Origin: Lophium mytilinum
Lineage: Eukaryota
DNA: 64,000 bases
Assembly (NCBI GenBank): GCA_010093605.1
Contig: MU004186.1
Coordinates: 575,765-639,764, forward strand
Direction: 5' to 3'
Position 1 is the stretch's first letter, and every line of letters begins with the position of its first letter. The position numbers were made by a program, and so were the translations under genes. The notes under the pieces were generated by a model. The model was not told the DNA's origin and made no database searches. It worked only from the letters and a program-made list of their open reading frames with translations. Shown here piece by piece: positions 10,747 through 20,403 of the stretch.

Positions 10747-12270
10747 CTACATTAGCCGTAACTCTTGCAATTCGAGTACAGCCAAACGCACAGCCTCTCC
10801 CTCCTCCTCATCACCATCATCCGGAAAGGCGACGTCGAAATCGAAGGAGATGCCGTGCAGTACAGTTCGATCCAGATGGAGTCGAGGGTCCCAATGGTCC
10901 TTCATCTCATTGCACACCGCAGAAAGGTAGAAGTACCGAAGAGACGTATGCTTTTCGCTTATCAAATCTTGCAAAACCCGGTTCCAATTACCGTCCACGT
11001 TAAGGCGACCGTCGGCGAAGAGATACACTTTGTTCAGAAATAGACAGCTGACGCTTTCAAGATGGGTCTGAAGCAGCAAGCGTATGCTAGTTTCGCTGAA
11101 GCACCAGGGTCCGTCGAGACTCAATCGACGAAACCTGCTCTTGGTATTTACCAGTGCTGGAATGACACGTTGCCAGGCATACGGCACCCGACTCATGTCG
11201 TAACTCACGTCGGAATACCAAATCGTAATATATTGAAGGGTAGACGTGGTCCTTAGCAAGTTCGAAAGCGCGAGATCATCTTCTCGTGACCCGTGTGTGG
11301 TGATCTGGAGTGTATGGAGAGATTCCAGAGTGCCGCTAAGATGATGAAACAGTCCGCTTACTACGGACGGCTCAATCGCTTCGCAATGTTCGTCATCGAG
11401 ATTAGCCGTCCTGAAATCTTCCAGACTCTTCCCTGACCTAGCCAATGCTGCGAGGATAACCGGTAAGACCTTGTAGCTAAGCTGATGGCTCCAGTCTTTG
11501 TAAAGTGGATGCATCTGTTCAGCAATCTTGATGACCTGGGAGTTTGTGGCTTGGGTATCTCGAGGTTTTCTCGCTTCCGCTGCCAACAAGAATTCCACCC
11601 AGATCTTCATCATCAACTCTCGTTCCTCTGGGGCCAACCATGCTCGAAGATGAGTACCTGCTTTTCTGATAGGATCATAGATGCAGATCCTTACCTTTTT
11701 GACCTGTTTTAAGGTCCGGAGAGCGGCCATGAGAGCATTGACTCCTCGATCTGACGCATAGAGCTCCTCCTGATTCTTGTGACATTCCATGTACTTTTGG
11801 ACCATTCCCAGGAAGGCACTCTCTTCTTTTCTTCCCTTCATAAAGACTGGCAGTTCATCAAAGAGGGCACTATTTCTTCTTGGCCAACTCACGATGTTGC
11901 GTTGTTGCTCATCCGGTATTTCTTGGCCATTGAACCCTCCCGTCCCGAATGTAAGAGTTCTGACCCATGGTGCAAGATCCGCAACTTTAGAGATCTCGGC
12001 CAAATCATCTAGGTCAGGTCCTATGAGTCGAAAATGGAGGTCGCCGACAAGCCTTCCGAAGGACTTCCACGCAGCTTGTCGAAAGTCGCGAGATGTCTGC
12101 CGGATACTCAAGATATCGCATCGGGATTGCTCCGTAAGTATGGGCCATTTGTAGAAGCCTATATTTTCCTCGTCCGTGCTGTCGGTGAACGCGGGTACGT
12201 AGAGCTCCTCCAGGTGCTGAACGACGAATTCCTTGATCTCCGGAGGAATATTATCGATATTGCACGCCAT
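10747..12270 (-). CDS. Hypothetical protein, N-terminal F-box-like motif and degenerate LRR-like C-terminus
   Basis: 507-aa ORF; IDNIPPEIKEFVVQHL; LxxLxI-type repeats (LESLHTLQI, LQYITI, FRRLSL, LRYFYL). Confidence 0.75.
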   Translation of the reverse strand: MACNIDNIPPEIKEFVVQHLEELYVPAFTDSTDEENIGFYKWPILTEQSRCDILSIRQTSRDFRQAAWKSFGRLVGDLHFRLIGPDLDDLAEISKVADLAPWVRTLTFGTGGFNGQEIPDEQQRNIVSWPRRNSALFDELPVFMKGRKEESAFLGMVQKYMECHKNQEELYASDRGVNALMAALRTLKQVKKVRICIYDPIRKAGTHLRAWLAPEERELMMKIWVEFLLAAEARKPRDTQATNSQVIKIAEQMHPLYKDWSHQLSYKVLPVILAALARSGKSLEDFRTANLDDEHCEAIEPSVVSGLFHHLSGTLESLHTLQITTHGSREDDLALSNLLRTTSTLQYITIWYSDVSYDMSRVPYAWQRVIPALVNTKSRFRRLSLDGPWCFSETSIRLLLQTHLESVSCLFLNKVYLFADGRLNVDGNWNRVLQDLISEKHTSLRYFYLSAVCNEMKDHWDPRLHLDRTVLHGISFDFDVAFPDDGDEEEGEAVRLAVLELQELRLM

Positions 12271-12514
12271 TCTCGAAGACTCCGCGGAGGCCCAACGATT
12301 TTGTTGAGGGGGGCAAGAGGTTGGTGTAGGAGGCCAGGTTTGGAGGTGCGGTCAAACGGTAAGAGAGTTTAGCTAGCGCGTAAACGCACGACCGCGTAGG
12401 GCCTATGAATGCACGTGATTGTAGTCATCTGCTGACACTTGCCTAGCACTGTCCGGAGTGGCCTAAAAAGGTTTACCGATGAGTCAAAACATCCTTTCGA
12501 CACATTCGTGAGCT

Positions 12515-12548
12515 TGTTGGAGCACCCCTAACAGTGGCAACTGGTCGT
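12515..12548 (+). repeat. 34-bp dispersed direct repeat, copy 1
   Basis: TGTTGGAGCACCCCTAACAGTGGCAACTGGTCGT; 33/34 identical to 13274-13307. Confidence 0.9.
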
Positions 12549-12737
12549 AAGCACATATCTATTCCAAAGAAGAAAATTTGGAAATTCAGACTTGCCAGAG
12601 CTCCCGCTAAACAATCACCTCCACATCCATCCGCGCGTGCAGCCATTCCGTTTGGCGTGACCGCACGTGATGCCTTGCGAGCTGCCTCCGAGCTACCTCA
12701 CGAGCTGCAATACAAGCTGCAATGCTTGAGCCCGTAC

Positions 12738-12957
12738 TATTACTTCCATTACTTACATTACTCCCATTACTTACATTACTCCCATTACTTACATTACTCC
12801 CATTACTTACATTACTCCCATTACTTATATTACTCCTATTACTTATATTACTCCCATTACTTACATTACTCCTATTACTCACATTACTTACATTACTTAC
12901 ATTACTCACATTACTCACATTACTCACATTACTCACATTACTCACATTACTCACATT
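12738..12957 (+). repeat. 9-bp minisatellite (CATTACTYM), ~24 copies, in a RIP-like TpA-rich segment
   Basis: Direct tandem units ACATTACTC/CCATTACTT. Confidence 0.95.
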
Positions 12958-13273
12958 AACCTTACCCCTAAGTGAAACTGTACTTGCACTCTCTAATTTA
13001 TTACTATCTGTCGTACCTAAGTTCCTAGCAAATGCTAGAACTACCAAACTCTCACCTTATATAGACTGCTTTCCATTAAGCTTAGCCCGATGCCTGCCTG
13101 GCAATCTACATCGCCGCCTGTGCTCGCTCATCTGTTCACTTAAGAGGAGGCTTCAAGGGGCTAGCCCAGTTGCTCCAGCCAACTAGAAGATTAGACGAGA
13201 TTAGGGTATACGATTATTAGTCCTCCGTTACAAACACAATCGTTACAGCAACCTCTTCAACATGTTAAAAGCG

Positions 13274-13307
13274 TGTTGGAGCACCTCTAACAGTGGCAAC
13301 TGGTCGT
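13274..13307 (+). repeat. 34-bp dispersed direct repeat, copy 2 (degenerate third copy ~13521-13560)
   Basis: TGTTGGAGCACCTCTAACAGTGGCAACTGGTCGT. Confidence 0.9.
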
Positions 13308-13864
13308 GCACATACATCCACTTATAAATGCGGACAAGTAGTCAGGCATGCAGTACTTAGGTAGGCCAGAAGTGTGAGCACATAGATAAATTATTACTAG
13401 ACTCGAATCTTGCTCGCCCGATGCCACTGTAAGGAGTAGCCTGAGCTCCAAACCGCTGCTTAGCTAAGAGGTAGTCTATTTCGCACCGCACGAGACTTGA
13501 TATCGCGCCTATAATTTTGAAGCCTGTGGAGGTACCCTAAACAGTGGCAATCGAGTGTGCAGACTTATCACAAAAATGCTTCTTTTCTTTCCAATCCTAG
13601 AATCTTGTTTCCCCACCTCATCACATAAATCAAGTACCTCAAACCGAAACACTACGCTCGTTCGTTACACACGCGCAATGTCCATCTCCTGCTCCCGCAC
13701 CTCACCCTACCACTATACCCCTCCATCCCTCCTTCTTCTATTCTACAACAAACTCTCCAAACCTCACATCTCGATCGCACGCAAGTCATCCTCTAAGCAT
13801 CTACCTGCAAATCTCCCACCAACTCTCCATCCAGCTCATCCAACGCATCTACTCCAAACCCACC

Positions 13865-14260
13865 ATGGCGCCCCGCCCCTCCTCAACCTCCCCCGCAGCT
13901 CCTCCCACGACTCCCGATATCACCTACTACAAAGCAACAACCTACCCGAACCCCGACTTCCTCTCAAACACCCGCCGATGCAGCTACACCGTCTTCGTGA
14001 CCCCTGTCTCACCTCCCCTTTCGAATCCGCAACCGAGGCCAGATGCGCGGCGGAGGAGCGCGTCGCAGGAGCGGTTGGAGGCGTGGATGCGCATAAGGGG
14101 GATGGAGATGGTGCGGCCGAAAGGGGAGGAGGTTAGGAGAGACGTGGGACAAGGGATGGGAGGGATGGGAGGCATGGGGAAGGGGAAGGAGGTGGCTAGG
14201 AGGAGGAAAGGGGAGAAGCGGGTGAGGTTTGCGGAGAGGGTGGTTGTGATTCCGGTGTGA
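13865..14260 (+). CDS. Small hypothetical protein (131 aa)
   Basis: ATG in good context (CACCATGG) after a C-rich leader; C-rich to G-rich gradient like other genes here; C-terminal KRVRF. Confidence 0.55.
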   Translation: MAPRPSSTSPAAPPTTPDITYYKATTYPNPDFLSNTRRCSYTVFVTPVSPPLSNPQPRPDARRRSASQERLEAWMRIRGMEMVRPKGEEVRRDVGQGMGGMGGMGKGKEVARRRKGEKRVRFAERVVVIPV

Positions 14261-14642
14261 GAGAAGGGGGGAGGGGATTGAACAGGAGTCTCGCGTCAGC
14301 ATTTTGGGTTTGAGGTGGGGATTGGGTGTTTTTGGAATTAGGATTTGGGGGGGTTTCGTTTCTTTGCGTGTTGGGTATAACTAGGATAGGATAGCGAAGT
14401 GTTGGTGGGGTAGCGGGGTGTATATTGTACTGTATTGGAGCAGGTATTATATCCCACGACCTCTAGAGCTATAAGGTGCTTTCCTGACGAGCTCAAATAT
14501 AACCTCTTAGTTTGAGAATTCAGATGAAGCGCGTAAGTGAGGAATCCGAGAGAGCTTGGCTCATCACCGGACCCAAAAGTTGCGTGATGCGTTCACTCAC
14601 TTCTTCATCCATCCACAACCCGACGTCCAGTCCCCATTGCGC

Positions 14643-15769
14643 TCACACCAACTTCCATCTCTTCGCGACCTCAATCCCCTCCGCAAACGTCCCCACCCTC
14701 GCGTCAATCGCGTACCCCTCCTTCTCCAACCTCTCACACTCCGCATACAGATCCGTCATCGGCACCGTAAAGCACTCAATGAACTCGCTCTCTTCAAGCT
14801 CCGGCTTCGGGTTCTGATTCTCGGGGAGCGACATATCGATCGTCACATGTATCATTTGAACATTCGTATTGCAGAAACCAGGGTCTAGGAATATGTCAGA
14901 AATAGGATACTAAACCCGAAGCCGCGTACTAGAACTCCAAAGACAAAAGTAAAAACTCAGGTTCCAAATAGTGCTCACCATTGAACTGCACGGGCGTCAC
15001 CCCAAACCCCTCCACCACCTTCCCCCTATACCCGGTCTCCTCCCGCAGCTCCCGTAGTGCACACACCTCCGCCGTCTCGCCCTCGTCAATCAATCCAGCG
15101 GGGACTTCAATCACAATCTGGTTAATCGGCGGCCGGAACTGCTTCTGTAGCAAGATGCGCGGCGGGGCGGAGGGGTGCGCGGGATCGTTCTCCATGATGG
15201 CGATGATGCCGACGCCGTCGATGGCGCTGCCATGGGGACGAGTGAGGCGCTCGGAGGATTCCCATGTGCGGGTAGTGGATGTGGGGTCGGTGTAGGATAT
15301 TCTTAGAAGGCGTTAATGGGAGGGAAAGGGGTTGAGGAACGAATAGTAAGGAAAAGCTTCGACATGTCCATAATGACGAGGGGAAGGGTCGTGAAGAGAA
15401 GAACAACATCCCCAGCCACCCATCTTGCCAAGGCTCCAGAGTATTCCTGAAGCTCCAGTAGCCAGGGCTTGTGAGCTTGTTTTGACATTTTGAGTTTTGA
15501 GACAGCGAGGATCAGGTTGATTCCTAGCAGGATGAGGCTGGCTTACGTGACCCGGTACTCCCAGATCTTGTTCATGGGTCGGGAGCCCGTGATGGGAAGG
15601 AAAGGTCTAGTATACAGAAAAGGGGAAAGCATACTTTACTAGTCTCACCCAACGAGCGTCTTTTGGGTCCTGACGACATCAGGACAAGGGATTGAGGAAG
15701 AGGTGAAGAGGTGATGAGACTTACCAATGGCTCGGTGGCCGTTACCTTAGACTTATCGAGGGTCGACAT
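14643..15769 (-). CDS. YSA1: ADP-ribose pyrophosphatase, Nudix (introns 15670-15724, 15302-15634, 14885-14978)
   Basis: QFRPP..IEVPAGLIDEGETAEVCALRELREETGY Nudix box; DPGFCN; IDARV. Confidence 0.93.
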
Positions 15770-16334
15770 AGTATCGATCAGGTCACATAGCATATGTAGA
15801 AGAAGGTTGTGTTTGAGTCTAGAATCGCGAGCGTGGTGATGCAACTGTGGCGGTGCGACGGCGCTAGAACGGTTTTACTCTAGCATCGATCTGGGGATCA
15901 CCGACATCGCTTGACAACCTCATGGAGGGTGCGCTCGGGGGAATAGCTGGCGCATTCGATAGGTAGGGTCCAGTTGATTATGCGTGGGATGGCCCGTCCC
16001 CGCAGGTGTGCGCTGTACAGGTCTCTAAGAGTGAAGAGAATTTGATTTAGTCGGAGTGCATGACGGGTCACATAGATTTACAAATACTGGATGATGAAAC
16101 ATTGCTTTAATGGCGTCTAATTCCAAATGCCAATCATCAATGCATAAGTACCCTGATCATGAACTCCTAAATCATACATCCCCTGAGCCTGCAATATTCA
16201 CTCTTCTGGAGATCACAGTCATAGTCCGAAATGCAGTGTGACGTCCTATCAGATGTCGCACTTGAGACATCAAACCATGTGCACCTCTGACTTACCACTT
16301 CGGTAAGCTCCCACGCAAACCAGTTGCAGTGCAC

Positions 16335-18362
16335 CTAGAATCCAGCGCCCTCGCCGTTGACACCATTGACACCGTTAGCCCCGTTCGCGGCCAGTCCCTT
16401 GCTCTCCTTCAAGATGTCTGCCGTTATCTGATCCAGCACGCCAGCGCTAGCAGCCATGAAGCCCAGATAGGGCTTGCTAGGGTTCAGGACGCGACTCAGG
16501 TACTCGGGATGGAACTGCACACCAACGAACCACGGGTGGTCCTTGAGTTCGATAATTTCCATACGCTCGCCCTTGTCATCCTTGCCGACGAAGCTGAGGC
16601 CGCCTTGCTCGAGGCGCTCAATGTAGGCGGGATTAACCTCGTAACGGTGCCGATGGCGCTCCAAAATTTCGGGCTTTTCGGCGTAAAGCGCGCGGAGCTT
16701 GCTCCACTCACTTCCAGACTGGAACAATGTAGGCCGCTTCCCTAGCCGCATTGTGGCGCCCATAGTCTTCTTATCAACCTCGGGCATGAACATGATAAGG
16801 CGCTCCGCGGCCTCTGCATTGAATTCTTCAGAGCTGGCGCCTTCAATGCCGCAGACATTGCGCGCAAACTCTATGACGGCGATTTGCATTCCAAGACAAA
16901 TGCCTAGATACGGAGTTCGGTTCTCGCGGGCCCACTTGGCCGCAAGGATCATGCCTTCCGTGGCGCGGTGGCCGAAACCACCAGGAACCAGAATGCCGTT
17001 AGCAGTGCATAGCTGGTGCCAGGCCTGGTGGTATTTAGCAGGGTCTTCGGTCTGATAAGAGTGCTCCAGGTACTCCGCGTCAATCCAGATAATATTCAGC
17101 TTGCGCCGGCACCGCATAGCAGAATGCTCGAGAGACTTCGTGACGGAAAGATAGGCATCGTGCAATTCGACGTATTTTCCAACGAGGGCAATATTTACGG
17201 TCGCGAAGAAGTGGTCTTCGGGGGCGGTGAGACGCTTCCACTGATCCCACGTGGCGCTTCCTTTCGCGACCACCGCCGGAGAAAGGGAGAGGCGGTCCAG
17301 GCTGAGGATGTCTTGGAGCTGCGGAATGAGACCTTGCTGTTCCAGAAGCATAGGAACCTGGTAGACGGTAGGCATGTCGCGCACCACAATGACAGATTCA
17401 ACTTCTACTTGACAGAAATGGGCAATCTTCTCCACAGCTCCCTTGTCGAGGTTGCGCTCGCAACGGCAAGCAATCTAAAACAGAAAGTCAGATCTGCTCT
17501 TGGGCGCTCGGGAGGAATGTCTCACCAGATCGGGAATGAGGCCAGCACTCCGCACCGCTTTGACAGCCTGTTGGGTGGGTTTTGTCTTCTGTTCGCCATT
17601 GATGGTAGGAACATATGAGACGTGGATTTGTAGGAAGTTGTGCTTTCCCGCGCGCCGCCGCAGCTGCGTCATGGCCTCAACGAAGGGGCTGCTCTCGATG
17701 TCTCCAACGGTGCCACCCAACTCAATGATGCACACGTCGGGCTCCTCGCCGGTATCATCGACGGGTATCCGCGCAACCCTGGTTATCCACTGTTCAATGG
17801 CGTCGGTTATGTGGGGCACCACCTGCACCGTCTTCCCAAGATAGTCGCCGCGGCGCTCGCGCTCGATGACCTGCTGATAGATCTTGCCCGTGGTGATATT
17901 GTTCTCGCGCGTCAGGGTGATGTTGAGGTATCGTTCGTAGTTGCCCAGGTCGAGGTCGACCTCACCGCCGTCGTCCAGGACAAACACCTCGCCATGTCTG
18001 CACAGACTTTAGATGCTGCAATCCCCCGCCTGGTGGAGACACGTACTCTTTCGGGTTCATAGTCCCAGCATCGACATTAAGATAAGGGTCGATTTTAATG
18101 GACGACACGTTCTGAGGATGTCAGCTGCGTGTCTCGTCGCGTTGGGAGGGCTCACCTATCTTCAGGCCGATTGTCTTGAGCAGCAAACCGGTGGAGGAGG
18201 CTTTGACGCGTAAATTTAGCTGCCAACCATACGCGGGGCGGGCACATGCATACCGATGATGCCCTTTCCCACACCGGATATAACACCTACGCGGGTTAGC
18301 ACCGAATTGGCAGTCACGATAGAAGAAATACACGCACCTCCAGAGACAAGGACGTATTTCAT
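16335..18362 (-). CDS. URA7: CTP synthase (introns 18287-18337, 18201-18253, 18109-18159 [AT-AC], 17998-18046, 17475-17525)
   Basis: [61 protein letters not shown]. Confidence 0.98.
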
Positions 18363-18898
18363 GATGGCGATAGAAGTATGCGGTGCCGTTCCTGGCCAAT
18401 GCCAGGGGGAAAGAAGAGAAGAAGCTGAGCGCCGGCTCAAAGATTTTTGTACGGCGGGGTGGGGCGGACTGTCGGACGCGCTAACCACGAGACGAGCAGC
18501 GAGGCGCCATGGCTCAGCGCGACGGATCCTTCATTCAACGTCACTTCGTCGACGCACTGCTGCTCCGCAGATCCTTTCAGTCTTGTAGGTGAATTGTATT
18601 CCTCGTAAACATGCTAGGTAGGCTATGTCTTGGTATCGTACTCGATGCGCTCGCAACCCCCCAGCGTATTACACCATGCATCGCCAACTACACGCGTCGT
18701 GTACAGAAATATCGCCGTAATCATACGTTCCAGTCCGTCACTCCGTCCGTCTTGTTTGTCGTCAAAAATGCCCGGGATATCTGTCCAGTAAAGTGCCAAA
18801 TTTGAATCAATATGCCGCGCCGCCTGCGTCTAGAAAGAAATTATAACCCATATCCCAAGAAAAAATGCCTGCCATATGCATGCCGCGCCGCCGTCTCG

Positions 18899-20403
18899 TC
18901 AAACCCTGCGCCGTCGTTTGCTTGGGTCTTCGTCATCGTCTTCCTCTTGGTGATAGGGCGGCTCTTGTTGAGAGGCCGCCTCTCGCTGGTTGGCTTCGTT
19001 CCAGGCCTGCTGGGCCTCTCCAGCCTGCCGCTTGCGCGCGCGTGTCATCGCGGCAATGGCCTTTTCATTCCCTTTCTTGACCTGTATGTTACATCCTTGC
19101 AGCTTGAGTGCTCGGGTAAGGGCGCTGCTCGGGCGCATGCCAGGGAAGTCCTTCGCGGTATACACGGTGAAGACGTCGCTTAGCACTTCGGTCAAGATGG
19201 GTGAGAATCCGCCCACGTGCAGATTCATCGGGTCTATCCGCATCAACACGAAACGTAACCGGTACTTTCCGTGTGTCCGACACGACAGGTCGGGGAAACA
19301 GAAGAAGCAACCCTCGACGTCGTGCTCGTCTTTAGCAACCGACGGCGAAGCTACGAGCTGGCCCATCAGCCTGCGTGTGGTTCGTCGGTCTGGTTGGATG
19401 AGTGCCGTCTCTTCGTTCGTTCCATCTGCGTTCCACAGAGTACAATGAACAACATTGAGCGAGTAACGTAGCTCATCGGTGTCAGCAACACCGGTCTTCG
19501 GGTCGGTCACTAGGAGCTGTATGATCGGGGGAGGATCAATGACCCTCCGGTCTCGTTCGCCAAAGCCGCAAGCGCGCGCTGCGATGGGTTGCTGGCGCAC
19601 TCGTAGCTCGTACGCTAGGTTTCTTCACGGCTATGTTAGCTTTCTCCCTTATCCGCGGAATTACAAGCTTACAGTTTCTCGTTCACAACAGGCTGCGGGA
19701 TAGAACCGGGTAACGGTACGGCGCTGGGTAACGGTCGAGGGCCTGCCGTTGCAGGTTCCGCATACGCTAGCGAGCCCAGGGAAGATGGGATGGATCCTCG
19801 ATGCGAGCCTATGGATCCCCGGAATGGAGTATTGCTGGACGCATAACTCGGCGTGTAACTGGGTGATGGGAGTGGGGCATACGACGGTTTCTGTGACGGT
19901 TCGACGGGCGAAGCAAGGGGTGCGTACTGCTGCTCGGGATGGCTGGGTCGCCTATCTTCGTAGGCATACCGCTGTTCCACCAGGCGCCTGGGAGCGCTTC
20001 TGTCTTCAAACTGCGAGCGCGGCGAGATGGAGGGCCCATACTGCTGAGGTGAGTAGGGTGGATCCGACCTTGGCGGGGTATACGGGTTCGCCTGGAGCAA
20101 CTTCTCGACGGGCGCCGCAGACGCCACATGGCCTCGAGGCTGGCTCGGGCGTGCTGGAGGGCCTGGCTGAATCGAGGGGAGTGGCTGTGCGATGGGAGAG
20201 CGGAATTGATACTCTGGTCGTACAGCGTTCGGCGGGATGGTGAGCGGTGGCAGCTGGACAGGCTGCGGCAGACGGCGATAGGGATTGCCTAGGAACTGGG
20301 GCGGAGGAAAGGACGGCGGCTTCTGAGTTTCAGTCATGGCTGGAGAAGAGAGGGCGGAATTTGGCGGATGCAGCGGCGGAGGAGGAGGTGGTTGTCGGGA
20401 CAT
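18899..20403 (-). CDS. velC: Velvet-domain protein, VelC-type (intron 19623-19672)
   Basis: Pro-rich N-terminus then C-terminal velvet domain RQQPIAARACGFGERDRRVIDPPPI..FPDLSCR..FPGMRPSS. Confidence 0.88.

Noticed and set aside
12534..13186. Three overlapping ORFs (HYS-, SNV- and LLT-repeat proteins)
   Set aside because: They stay open because the 9-bp minisatellite lacks stops in those frames; RIP-like context and no other coding signal
12515..13560. CRISPR-like or LTR interpretation of the 34-bp repeats
   Set aside because: Eukaryotic context, irregular spacing of hundreds of bp, no cas or retroelement genes, too short for LTRs
18109..18159. U12 minor-spliceosome intron or stwintron
   Set aside because: No U12 donor/branch consensus; removing the inner intron leaves only 7 nt, not a second intron
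14643..18362. Functional cluster of nucleotide-metabolism genes (YSA1 + CTP synthase)
   Set aside because: Adjacency of two housekeeping genes is not evidence of co-regulation
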